Counted from the first letter of the stretch, positions 10,887-20,728 are shown. The stretch is DNA of 64,000 bases from an uncultured Verrucomicrobiae bacterium (GCA_963769025.1 CAVYKI010000003.1:768001-832000); one strand, 5' to 3'. Made by a program: numbers and translations. Notes: generated by a model from the sequence alone, not told the origin.

Positions 10887-12156
10887 GTGGCTTTTCCCAC
10901 GGAGAAGTAACGGAGCCCCGCCGTCGCCGGCAGCACGGAATTCACAAAACGATTCGCATCAAAAATCAGCGGGCGGCGCATCGTGGGAATTAATTCCGCC
11001 CACGGCAGCGCCTTGAATTCCGGCCACTCGGTGCAGACGACCGCAGCGTCCGCACCAGCGAGTGCGCTGCTGGGATCGGGCGCCATCGTCGCACGCCGCG
11101 AGGTTGGCGGGCAGTTGCCTTGCCGCCGGATCAAACGCGCGGACCTCGCACCCTTCCGCGAGCAGCCGTTCGCAAAGCTCGACCGCATGCGCTGCGGCGC
11201 AGCGTGTCCGTCCCCGGCGTGTAGGTCAGCCCGAGCACGGCGACCGCGACGCCGCGCAGCGCGCCGACCTCGTCCTTCAGCCGGCGCAGCGCCCAGCCCT
11301 TGTGCCGGTCGTTGCTCTGCTTGATGGCCGGGATGAGTGCGAGCGGCTCTCCGCGGCTCGCGGCGAGTTGCGTGAGCGCCACCACGTCGCGAGCGAGCGT
11401 CCCGCCTGCGAACGCCGCGCCGGGTCCGAGATACGCCCGCTGCCCGATGCGGATGTCGCTCTTCAGCCCGGCCTCGACCTCCTTCGCATCTGCACCGGTC
11501 AGCTCGCAGAGCCGGGCGATTTCGTTGGCGAATGTCATCGACAGCGCGAGGAACGAATTGAGCGCGTGCTTGGTCATCTCCGCCGACTCCGTGCTCATCC
11601 AGATCACATTCGCGCAAAACGGGCGGAACAACTCGGAAAGCAACGCGCGATCCGCTTCGTTGCGGCAGCCCGCGACGATGCGCTCCGGCTCGTTAAAAAC
11701 CTTCAGCGCTCCGCCGAGCCGCAAATTCTCCGGCGAGCATGCGAAACGCAACGCCGGAAATTCCGTCTCGAGCCGGCGACACGTCCCGCCGGCAGCTGCG
11801 ACGAAATGAGAAACAGCGCGTCCGCCATTTGACGCAGGAACGATTCGCCGGATGCGCTCCATGACAAACTCCGCGTCCGACTCATCGTCGTCGTTCACCG
11901 GCGTATCGTAGGTGACCCACACCACGTCGGCATCCGCGCACGCCGTGTTTGCATCCGTGGCAAAGTCCAGCCTCCCGCTGCGCAGCCCGTCGCGGGTGAG
12001 GTCCTCGAGGCCCGGCTCGAAGAGCGGCGGCCTTCCCTCGCGCAGCGCCGCGATGTTGCCCGCGTCGAAATCGAGCCCGATCACCGCGAAGTGCCGCGCG
12101 CAGCAGGCCGCCGTCACGCACCCGAGATGCCAGAGCCCGAGGACGGCGATCTTCAT
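10883..12156 (-). CDS. UDP-glucose/GDP-mannose dehydrogenase-like protein lacking the catalytic Cys, frameshifted
   Basis: MKIAVLGLWHLG, PLFEPGL, YDTP, CSPENLRLG, SAEMTKHALNSFLA..MTFANE, D.RIG..YLGPGAAFAGGTLARD, VLGLTY.PGTDTLR, TEWPEF, IFDANRF. Confidence 0.85.
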
Positions 12157-13125
12157 CGCCGCGTGAGCACCCACTGGTTTTGCTGCAGCCACTGCAGCGT
12201 GCGCACGATGCCCTGCTCGATGCGTGAGCTTCGGCTGCCAGCCGGTGGCGCGGATTTTTGCGGTGTCGAGGAAGATGAACGGGTTGTCGCCGATCCAGCC
12301 GCGCTCGCCGCCGGTGAATTTCAGCTCCGGCTTGAGCCCGAGGTGCGCGCAGATCCAGCCGATCGAATCGGTCACCTGGCAGTACTCCGCCGTGCCGAGA
12401 TTGTAGATCTGCACGCGGTGCTTCGCCTTCTCCGCCGTGCGCGCGTTGACGACATGGAGGATCGCATCCACGCAGTCCTGCACGTAGAGATACGACTTCC
12501 GCTGCGTGCCGTCGCCGAGCACGGTGAGGTGATCCGGGTGTTCGAGCAGCTGCTTGTAGAAATCGAACACGTGCCCGTGCGTGTAGCGCTCGCCGAGGAT
12601 CGACACGAAACGGAAGATGTAACCCTCGAAGCCGAAGCCCTCGCAGTACGCCTCGATCAGATTTTCACCCGCGACCTTCGACGCGCCGTAGAGCGAAGTC
12701 TGGATCGGGAACGGCGCATCCTCCGGCGTCGGGATCACCGGCGCCTCGCCGTACACCGAGCCGGTCGAGGAGAACGCGATGCGCCTGATGCCGTTCGCGC
12801 GCATCGCCTCGAGCACATTGAAGGTCGCGATGGTGTTCTGCTGCAGGTCGCGGCCAGGATGCTCGGTGCCGAAACGCACGTCCGCATTTGCCGCGAAATG
12901 AAACACCATGTCGCAGCCTGCCATCGCCTTCGTCAGCGCCGCCGCATCGAGGTTGTCCCCTCGGTGGAGGACGAACCCCGGCTGCTTCCTTGCCGGCTCC
13001 AAGAACTCCTCCTGCCCCGCGGAAAAATTATCCCAGCCAACGACCTGAATGCCGAGTGCGAGCAACCGGTCCGCCATGGTGCTGCCGATGAATCCGGCGA
13101 CGCCTGTGATGAAAATTTTCTCCAT
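12153..13125 (-). CDS. NAD-dependent epimerase/dehydratase (GalE-like extended SDR)
   Basis: ITGVAGFIG, HFAANADV, FSSTGSVYG, SLYGASK; one extra base near 12222 hides the stop that overlaps the next ATG. Confidence 0.9.
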
Positions 13126-13197
13126 GAACCGCGCGAGTGTCGGCGGGGACTTTCGCGGTTGTCCAGCGAACAAACGCAGCGTTCGCCCGTCGCGTGC

Positions 13198-14220
13198 CTA
13201 CGGTTTGCGTTCGCCGCGCACCTTCGCCTTCTCCTCGCCGTATTTGTAAAAGGGCTCTCGGAAAAGGTAGAGCAGCCAGTGCGCAAATCCGGCGAGCGGC
13301 GAATGGTAGCCGAGCCAAGCGAGGAACGCGCTGTTAAAGCAGGCCAGCCCCGGGTAATCGGTCCACTTGCGGGTGAGGAAAAACGGCTTCCGTTGGAACT
13401 TCGCGATGTCGTCGTTGATGCGAATTTCCTCGAAGGGACACCACCAGCCGCGCGATCTGAAGTGCCGCAGGTAGCTCACCCGCTCCTCATCGATCTGCAT
13501 CAGCCGGCAGCATGCACGGTCCGCGGCGACGAGATCGTTCGACCCGAGCACGACATTGAAATCCACGACATCCCCGAGCATCGGCCCGGTGCGATTCAGC
13601 CCGTAGCGGCCGTCGATGATCGAGTAGGCATTCGGCAGGCGGCTGTTCAACTGGTACATGACCTCTGCAAAGTAAGGATGCAGCTTCAGCCGCACGTTCG
13701 GTTCCTGGATGCAGCCCCACTGGTTCTTGATCGACATCGAGACCAGCGTGTTCATGTGGATCTTCGGGACTGGCAGCGTGATGAACGCATCAATCTCGTG
13801 CAGGAGCAGCCGCGGCACCGGCACGCGCAGCCGCCGCCAGCCGGCGCGCACATCGATCCACTCCGGCTCCGTGAAGCTGAGATTGATCACCTCCGCACCG
13901 GCCTCCTTCGCCATTTCGTAGATGCCCATTCCCTTGAAAACCTCGTCCATCGAGAAGCGGTTGTAGCCGCCGCTGTCCGCCTCGCCGATGACGACGCGGT
14001 AGCCGTGGCGGATGAGGCACAACGTCACCGCACGGAGGCAATCCAGCGAGGTCATCACGCCGGGGCGGAACTCGGGAAATGTGAGATTCGGCTTCAGGAA
14101 AACCCGCGCCCCGGGCGCGACGTTCTCGAAGAAACCGATCTGCGCGAGCGTCTCCTCGATCACCGGTGCGTAGCCGCCGGCTTCGAGGCTCTTGATGAAT
14201 ACGACGGGCTGTTTGCTCAT
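13198..14220 (-). CDS. DUF362 family protein
   Basis: VFLKPNL, VIGEAD, LPVPKIH...SMSIKNQWG, IIDG....GP, DLVAAD. Confidence 0.8.
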   Translation of the reverse strand: MSKQPVVFIKSLEAGGYAPVIEETLAQIGFFENVAPGARVFLKPNLTFPEFRPGVMTSLDCLRAVTLCLIRHGYRVVIGEADSGGYNRFSMDEVFKGMGIYEMAKEAGAEVINLSFTEPEWIDVRAGWRRLRVPVPRLLLHEIDAFITLPVPKIHMNTLVSMSIKNQWGCIQEPNVRLKLHPYFAEVMYQLNSRLPNAYSIIDGRYGLNRTGPMLGDVVDFNVVLGSNDLVAADRACCRLMQIDEERVSYLRHFRSRGWWCPFEEIRINDDIAKFQRKPFFLTRKWTDYPGLACFNSAFLAWLGYHSPLAGFAHWLLYLFREPFYKYGEEKAKVRGERKP

Positions 14221-15377
14221 TTGCGCTCCAGGCATTCCTGATAGACGCGCTCGATCCTGCCCGCCATGTCTTTCAGCGCGAAACGGTCGGCGATCCTCCG
14301 GCGTCCCGCCGCTCCGAAACGCCGCCGCAGTTCGCCATCGCGCAGGAGCGATTCCAGTTTCTCCGCGAGCGCCACGGCATCATCCGGTGGCACGAGGAAA
14401 CCGGTTTCGCCGTCTGCCACCTGCTCGGTGGAGCCGCCGATGTTCGTGGCAATCACAGGCAGGCCCATGCACATCGCCTCCATGACCACGCCGCCAAATG
14501 GCTCCGGTTGCGCGGACGGCAGCACGAAGATGTCCATCGCCGAATAGGCGGGACGCGGATCGGGGAGTTCGCCCGTGAAAATCACGTCCGCTTCGAGGCC
14601 GAACTCGCGCACGATTCCGTGCAACGCGGCGAGATGCGATTCGTTGCCGGGGAACGGCGCGCCGACGACGAGGAATTTCGCCCGAACCCCGCGCTGGCGG
14701 AGCAACCCTGCGGCGCGCAGCAAGACCTCCTGCCCTTTTCGCCGGAGTTTGATCCGCCCGACGCAACCGACCACCGGCCCGTCCCCGAGCGCGTGCTGCG
14801 CGCGAAATTCCGCGCCACCCTGACGGTCGCCGCGTTCGAATTCCGCGATGTCGAAGCCGTTGTTGATCACCGTGACTTTCGCGCGATCGTTGAACTGCCC
14901 GGCGATCGCCTCCGAAACGGCGATGATGCGCACGGCAAAAACGCGCATCCATTTTTCATGGAAGCGCCAGAAGCCGCGGAACTCCTGGAACCAGTCGCGG
15001 ATGTGCCAGACATGCGGCAGGCCCGCGAGCCAAGCCGCCGGGCCTGGGGAGAGGATCACGCCGGTGTTCGAGTGGACGAGCACGATGCGTTCGCGCTTCA
15101 GGATCGCGAGCACGCCCAGCACCGAGCGCGGGATGTTCAGCAAAAAAAACGGCAGCCGCCAGGACTTGAGGACTGCGCGGTCGATGACGCTGAGCGGCGG
15201 ATAGACGAGCACTCGCACGCCGGTAGCGCGCAATTGCTCCGCGAGCGGGCCCTCGGCGGGCAGCATCACGAACGGCTCGTAGCGCTGCCGGTCCAGCGTG
15301 CGCAGCAGCCGCAGGAGCGAGCGGCTCGCGCCGTAGATGTCGGCGCTGTTGTGAACGTAGAGAATGCGGTCCGGCAT
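14217..15377 (-). CDS. Glycosyltransferase family 4
   Basis: YGASRSL, VWHIRD, IAVSEAI, RKGQ, EPFGGVVMEAM (E-X7-E). Confidence 0.92.
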   Translation of the reverse strand: MPDRILYVHNSADIYGASRSLLRLLRTLDRQRYEPFVMLPAEGPLAEQLRATGVRVLVYPPLSVIDRAVLKSWRLPFFLLNIPRSVLGVLAILKRERIVLVHSNTGVILSPGPAAWLAGLPHVWHIRDWFQEFRGFWRFHEKWMRVFAVRIIAVSEAIAGQFNDRAKVTVINNGFDIAEFERGDRQGGAEFRAQHALGDGPVVGCVGRIKLRRKGQEVLLRAAGLLRQRGVRAKFLVVGAPFPGNESHLAALHGIVREFGLEADVIFTGELPDPRPAYSAMDIFVLPSAQPEPFGGVVMEAMCMGLPVIATNIGGSTEQVADGETGFLVPPDDAVALAEKLESLLRDGELRRRFGAAGRRRIADRFALKDMAGRIERVYQECLERK

Positions 15378-15383
15378 GGTTGC

Positions 15384-16745
15384 TTACTTCGAGCGGTGCA
15401 GATTGCGCACGTAGAGGAATTTCCCGCTGCCGGAAGCCGGGATGTCCGGCACGCGGTCGATGGCGAGTTGCGCGCCAGGGCCCAGCACTTTCCCGAGATC
15501 GTCGCGGATGCGCGCCGCTGTCTCACGAAATGCATCGTCGGACAACGAACCGTCCATCTGCATCGCGAGCGAATAGTCCGCGGCGCCGTGCTGGACGAAC
15601 TGGAATTTTCCAAGCGCGCCCGCGTTGTGGACGACGCCGACCAAATGGCGGATGAAAATGGGGCTCACGTACGCGCCGTCTGCGGCTGTGATGAATTCGG
15701 AGATGCGGCCCTCGACGCGTTCGAGCAGCGGCAGCGGCGAGCCGCAGGGGCAAAGGCCGTCCTTCAGCGCGCCCATGTCGCCGATCTCGTAGCGGATGAT
15801 CGGGAAGCGGCGGTTGTTCAAGAGCGTCACGAGAATTCGGCCCATCGTGCCGGCGGGCACTGACTGGCCGTGGTCATCCACGATCTCGAGATGCACGCCG
15901 GTTTGGTAAATGTGGAAGCCACCCGCAGCGCATTCGCAGGCCATGTCCGCGCATTCGCGGCTGCCGTACTTGTTATGAACGCGCGCACCGAAGACCCGGC
16001 GGATGATGTTGCGATTCTCCTCCGTCACGGTGCCGGCGCAGGCCATCACGGACTTCAGCGGACGCATTTGCATCCCCCGCTTCTCGATGAAGCGCGCGAG
16101 CTGCTCGGCGGCATCCACGTAGGCCATGAGGTGCATGAGCGATGAGCCATTGATCTCCTGCGCGTAGGCCATCATGCGCGCTTCGTCCATGAGGAAGGCA
16201 TTGAGCGGACGCGCCTGGAGCAGCTCGGTGAGGATGCGCTTCTGTGCGGAGTCCTTCGCCTCGCTGATGTCGCGCATCGAGCCCCACAGCATGAAGAACG
16301 GCGTGCCGAGGGCGAACCCGCACAGATGCTGCGAATACAACCGGCCAGCGCGGCCCCAGTCGCGGAAGTCGCGATCGTGGATGACTCGCGTCGGCGTGCC
16401 GGTGGAGCCGCCGGTCTTCACGTCGACCCACGAGTAGCGCCGCTTTCGTTTCTCGCCGCGGTATTCCGCGAGCAGCGAGGGCTCCATCATTTCCCCGAAA
16501 TGCGCATGCACGTCGTTTTTCCGCAGCACCGGAAACGCCGCGAGCTCCGCGCTCTGCACGCGGTCGCGATAGTACGGCACATTTTCCACCGCATGCCGCA
16601 GCAGCGCGGTGAGGCGCTCGTGGTGGACGTCCGCGAGGCGCGCGGGAGTCCATTTTTCCACGTCGAGAAACTCGCGGTAATGCGTGCGCAAATCCGAGCC
16701 GAGCAGGTCGTGGCCGATGAGGAACGCGTGCTTTCGCCAGTTCAT
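15384..16745 (-). CDS. CapK/phenylacetate-CoA ligase-like adenylate-forming enzyme
   Basis: A.ENVPYY, KTGGSTGTP, YGSRE, LVTLL....PIIRYEIGD, CPCG, VEGR; ATG at 16745. Confidence 0.87.
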   Translation of the reverse strand: MNWRKHAFLIGHDLLGSDLRTHYREFLDVEKWTPARLADVHHERLTALLRHAVENVPYYRDRVQSAELAAFPVLRKNDVHAHFGEMMEPSLLAEYRGEKRKRRYSWVDVKTGGSTGTPTRVIHDRDFRDWGRAGRLYSQHLCGFALGTPFFMLWGSMRDISEAKDSAQKRILTELLQARPLNAFLMDEARMMAYAQEINGSSLMHLMAYVDAAEQLARFIEKRGMQMRPLKSVMACAGTVTEENRNIIRRVFGARVHNKYGSRECADMACECAAGGFHIYQTGVHLEIVDDHGQSVPAGTMGRILVTLLNNRRFPIIRYEIGDMGALKDGLCPCGSPLPLLERVEGRISEFITAADGAYVSPIFIRHLVGVVHNAGALGKFQFVQHGAADYSLAMQMDGSLSDDAFRETAARIRDDLGKVLGPGAQLAIDRVPDIPASGSGKFLYVRNLHRSK

Positions 16746-18103
16746 TCCAGTTCGATGTGATCCCGCCAGCCGGGCGGAGGGAGAAAGCGCCGGAGCACCG
16801 GAATGGCGTCGATGCCGCGGTCGCTGCGCTGCCCGTTCAGATCCACGGCGAACGCAGCCGGGTCGAAGCCGCCGAATGCCGCGTCCGGGAACCGGCGCCA
16901 GTTCGCGAGCAGGCGGATTTTCCGGAAATCGAAACCCATCATCCTGGCCATCGCAAAATCGACGAGGAACGGATTGCGCGCCGCGAGCATCACGCCGGCC
17001 TGCACGGGCAGCGGCTGCAGCGGGCCGTTGCCCTCGCCCGCGACGATGCCGTCCATGATGGAAACAAACTGCCGCTGCGGATCGGCGCGGAGCGGACCGC
17101 CATGGGCGTGGGCGAAAAGAATGATGCGGTTCAGATCGTACACCATGCGCCAGATCGAGTCGTTCCCGTACCACGAGCCGGAGCCGACATAGAAGGTGCC
17201 GCCGAGATTTTCCTTCGTGCCGACGGTCTTGATTCCCCGGAGCTTCTTCACCACCTCCCATCCGCCCTTGAGCACCTTGAAAAGCAGGCGCGATTTTTTT
17301 TGGAAGCGCTCACGCAGCCGGGCCTGCAGAAGCATCCAGCGCGACACGTTTTCCGGAAATTCGTCGCCGCCGGCCGACGGGAGTCCCAGCTGGTGGTGCA
17401 CGAGGTAGGCCTTGGAGCCGTTGATGCCGACGAGATTCTTGAGCGCGCCGGTGACGCCGGTCTTCTGGTGCGTCTTCATCTTCGGCAGATTGATGACGAG
17501 GTCGGCCTCGAGCACGGTGCGTGCGATGAGGTAGCGGTGCTGGCCCTTGCGATGCACGCTCACGGTCTCGGCGGGATCGTAGTCGGAGACGCGGAAGGAC
17601 GCGGCGTTGTGGCTGACTTCCTCGAGGAGGCTCGAGTCGTCGATGACGATCTCGCTGTAGCCGAGCGGGTCGCCGGGATGCGCCGTGTCGAGTTCGAGAA
17701 AACCGCCTTCGGGCCGCCAGCGTTCGCGGCGCAGGTCGAGGAACTGGATCGCCGGCTGCGTGTGGCCGCGATATTTCCCGATGAGCCGATCCACGCCCGC
17801 CTGCGCGAGCAGCGCGGACCAGTCGCACGTCTGGAGCGGCACGTCGCCGATGGTGAGCTTTTCCAGCCGCGGATATTTTTGCAGGCACGCCTGGATGCAC
17901 TGGTCGATCAGCTCCGTGCTGGTGACCAATGCGGCGATGGGAAATTCCGCGTGCTCCTGGTGCTTCACCCAGTTCGGCTTGATCATCACCTTGCGGAAGT
18001 CGCCCTCGGGAAGATTGCGCAGGATGAACGCAGAAGCCTCGTCCGGACGGGCGATCAGCACGTCGAGGAAAGGCGGTGTCGCGGCGCGGTTCACCGGCTC
18101 CAT
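16742..18103 (-). CDS. DUF362 family protein (long form)
   Basis: VMIKPNWV, IGDVP, VINLPKMKTHQKTGVTGALKNLVG, MDGIVAGEGNGP. Confidence 0.82.
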   Translation of the reverse strand: MEPVNRAATPPFLDVLIARPDEASAFILRNLPEGDFRKVMIKPNWVKHQEHAEFPIAALVTSTELIDQCIQACLQKYPRLEKLTIGDVPLQTCDWSALLAQAGVDRLIGKYRGHTQPAIQFLDLRRERWRPEGGFLELDTAHPGDPLGYSEIVIDDSSLLEEVSHNAASFRVSDYDPAETVSVHRKGQHRYLIARTVLEADLVINLPKMKTHQKTGVTGALKNLVGINGSKAYLVHHQLGLPSAGGDEFPENVSRWMLLQARLRERFQKKSRLLFKVLKGGWEVVKKLRGIKTVGTKENLGGTFYVGSGSWYGNDSIWRMVYDLNRIILFAHAHGGPLRADPQRQFVSIMDGIVAGEGNGPLQPLPVQAGVMLAARNPFLVDFAMARMMGFDFRKIRLLANWRRFPDAAFGGFDPAAFAVDLNGQRSDRGIDAIPVLRRFLPPPGWRDHIELE

Positions 18104-18945
18104 CGGAAGGAGGGTTTCGCGACGTGAAAGGAGGTACGCGCGGACGGATCGAGATAGACGGAATAGTCGAACGGCGCGTGGCGGTAGGCGCCGTGGAGCA
18201 GCTTGCGCAGCCGGTAGTGCGCGAGCACGGCGAGACGCAGGGCCCGCGCCCAACCGGGTGCGGAGGCGATGAGTTGCGCCTGCTCCCGCACGCCGCGCTC
18301 GGAGAGCATCATGTTGGAACCGTGGTCGAGGAACGTGGAGGTGATGCGCGGGAGGATGCCCATCGGCACGCCGGTGTCGATCAGGCGCATGACCCATTCG
18401 CCATCGCCGATCGCACAGCGGTCGGGATTGAAGAGCAACCCGCGGTCGAGGATCGCCTGTCTCCGAAAAAAGGTCGCGCAGGTCAGGATCGCCAGGTTGC
18501 CGCTCACCCACGTGTGGATTTTGCCGGGCAGGATCGCCTTCCGCAGGCAGAGGCACCGTCCCTGCGCGTCGATCACCAGAGCATGGGCAAAGGCCACATC
18601 GACGGCCGGATTTTCGTCGAAGTATTTCCCGACGGCCTCCAGCGCCCCCGGGAGATACTGCTCATCGCAATTCAGGTACGCGGCGATTTCGCCGCTCGCG
18701 CGCTGGAGGCCGCGGTTGATCGCGTCGTACATCCCGGTGTCCTTTTCCACGAAGAGCCGGAAGGCGCGCGCAGGGTCGCCGCGCTGCAGCCCAGCCGCCC
18801 ACGCCTCCAGCTCGGGGCCGGTTCCGGCATCCTGCACGATGTGCTCGCTGGTCACGCCTTCCTGATCGGCGACGGAAGCCGCCGCCAGTTTGAGCCAGGC
18901 CAATTGTCGAAAGCTGGGGGTGATGATCGAGAACTTCGGCCGCAT
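18091..18945 (-). CDS. Glycosyltransferase family 2
   Basis: FSIITPSF, VQDAG, EKDTGMYDAINRG, YLNCDE. Confidence 0.9.
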   Translation of the reverse strand: MRPKFSIITPSFRQLAWLKLAAASVADQEGVTSEHIVQDAGTGPELEAWAAGLQRGDPARAFRLFVEKDTGMYDAINRGLQRASGEIAAYLNCDEQYLPGALEAVGKYFDENPAVDVAFAHALVIDAQGRCLCLRKAILPGKIHTWVSGNLAILTCATFFRRQAILDRGLLFNPDRCAIGDGEWVMRLIDTGVPMGILPRITSTFLDHGSNMMLSERGVREQAQLIASAPGWARALRLAVLAHYRLRKLLHGAYRHAPFDYSVYLDPSARTSFHVAKPSFRWSR

Positions 18946-19137
18946 GCGCGCGGCTACAGTGAGCGCGCACGCGGAATCCCGCAAGGCGGCGCTCGCCGCC
19001 AGCCGGATGGATGGCGATAGGCGCGCCTCTTTGCACTTTACTGGCCGCACGGGCTGTCCCTACCGTCCGCGCGCCTTTCACAGCCGATTCCGGGTGGCCT
19101 TTCGTGCGCTCCGGTCGCACAACGGCCCAACCCATCC

Positions 19138-19266
19138 ATGAGCGTCGCATTTGCCACCGGTTCCGCGGGTCTGATCGGCTTGAAATCGGGCTCCCCGGTC
19201 CTTGCTGCGGATCCGGATGTGGCGCAAGCCGGGACCGGCGATGGATGCCCTCCAAGTGGCCGATGA
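19138..19266 (+). pseudogene. 42-aa remnant of an NAD-dependent epimerase N-terminus
   Basis: Reads MSVAFATGSAGLIGLKS...GR*, with a TGxxGxxG Rossmann motif; its TGA overlaps the ATG of the next GT2. Confidence 0.55.
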
Positions 19267-20039
19267 TGCCTGTCCCGGATAGCCCCACCGCTCCGGCGCG
19301 GCTCCAGCTTCTTTCGATCGTTATCCCGGCCCGCGACGAGGAAGCCTGCATCGCATCCACGGTCGAGCACCTTCACGTCGAGCTCGATCTCCGCGCGGTG
19401 CCGCACGAGATCGTGGTCGTCGACGATGGGAGCAGCGACAAGACGTGGGATGTCCTCCAATCCATCAAGGCCCGCATTCCGCAGTTGCAAGCGATCCGGA
19501 ACGAAGGACCGCACGGCTTCGGGAGGGCCATCATCGCCGGCCTCGGTCACTCGAGGGGCGATGCGATCGTCATCATGATGGCGGACGAATCCGACGACTG
19601 CCGGGACGTGGTGCGCTACTGGGAAAAGCTCAACGAGGGCTACGACTGCGTGTTTGGCAGCCGGTTCGTCAAAGGCGGCGGCGTGATCGACTATCCGCGC
19701 TTCAAGCTGCTCGTGAACCGGCTCGCGAACTTCTTCCTGCGCGTGCTTTTCAACATCCGGCTCAACGACACCACCAACGCGTTCAAGGCGTATCGCCGCA
19801 CCGTCATCGAAGGGTGCCGCCCGCTCATCGCGCCGCACTTCAATCTCACCGTCGAGCTCCCGCTGAAGGCCATCGTGCGCGGCTTCTCGTGGACCGTGAT
19901 CCCGATCACGTGGCGCAACCGCCGCCACGGCGAGGCCAAGCTCAAGATCAAGGAAATGGGCAGCCGCTACCTCTTCATCTGCCTCTACGTGTGGTTGGAA
20001 AAATACTTCAGCCGGGGCGACTATCGGAAGCAGCCATGA
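19263..20039 (+). CDS. GT2, DPM1-like polyprenol-phosphate glycosyltransferase
   Basis: LSIVIPARDEE, VVDDGSSDKT, GFGRAIIAG, MMADESD, VFGSRF, DTTNAFKAYR. Confidence 0.9.
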   Translation: MMPVPDSPTAPARLQLLSIVIPARDEEACIASTVEHLHVELDLRAVPHEIVVVDDGSSDKTWDVLQSIKARIPQLQAIRNEGPHGFGRAIIAGLGHSRGDAIVIMMADESDDCRDVVRYWEKLNEGYDCVFGSRFVKGGGVIDYPRFKLLVNRLANFFLRVLFNIRLNDTTNAFKAYRRTVIEGCRPLIAPHFNLTVELPLKAIVRGFSWTVIPITWRNRRHGEAKLKIKEMGSRYLFICLYVWLEKYFSRGDYRKQP

Positions 20040-20728
20040 CCGGGAACGAACCGACAGAATTGCGCGGCATCTACCAGCGTCGCTTTGAAAAAATGCGCGA
20101 CTACCGCAAGCGCGTCTGGGAGGTGCTGGTCCGTGAGAAATTCCAGGCCTGCGTGAAACCGGATGCCACGGTGCTCGACCTCGGGTGCGGCTACGGCGAA
20201 TTCATCAACCAGATCCGCTGCGGGAAAAAATACGGCATGGATCTGAACCCGGACTCCCGCAAAAATCTCGCTCCCGACGTGGAGCTGCTGGAGCAGGATT
20301 GCTCCACGCGCTGGCCGTTTCCGGACGACACGCTCGACACCGTTTTCACGAGCAACTTCTTCGAGCACCTGCCCGGCAAAGCGGCGCTCAAGGCCACGCT
20401 CGACGAGGCTCATCGCTGCCTGAAACCGGGAGGCCGGCTCATCGCCATCGGTCCCAACATCAAATACCTGCCCGGCAGTTACTGGGATTTTTGGGACCAT
20501 CACCTTCCACTCACGGAGCTCTCCCTGTCGGAGGGGCTCGCCAGCTGCGGCTTTTCCATCCGCGAATGCGTGGACCGTTTTCTCCCCTACACGATGGTGA
20601 ACGCCCGCGAGCACCCGCCGATTTTCGTCTCCCTCTACCTTCGCCTGCCGATCCTCTGGAGATTCTTCGGCCGTCAGTTTCTCATCATCGCGTCGAAGGA
20701 ACCCCCGGGCCAGCGCCCCACATTCTAA
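20036..20728 (+). CDS. Class I SAM-dependent methyltransferase
   Basis: VLDLGCGYG, SNFFEHL, RCLKPGGRL; ATGA overlap with the GT2. Confidence 0.9.
   Translation: MTGNEPTELRGIYQRRFEKMRDYRKRVWEVLVREKFQACVKPDATVLDLGCGYGEFINQIRCGKKYGMDLNPDSRKNLAPDVELLEQDCSTRWPFPDDTLDTVFTSNFFEHLPGKAALKATLDEAHRCLKPGGRLIAIGPNIKYLPGSYWDFWDHHLPLTELSLSEGLASCGFSIRECVDRFLPYTMVNAREHPPIFVSLYLRLPILWRFFGRQFLIIASKEPPGQRPTF

Noticed and set aside
11131..13173. 680-aa epimerase-dehydrogenase fusion ORF
   Set aside because: One extra base near 12222 shifts the frame; removing it restores ...QWVLTRR* overlapping the ATG at 12156.
12091..14241. Long antisense or alternate-frame ORFs (also 1435-2910, 37991-39709, 50451-52280, 61953-63497)
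   Set aside because: Shadow ORFs typical of high-GC coding DNA; they lie opposite well-supported genes and contain no recognisable motifs.
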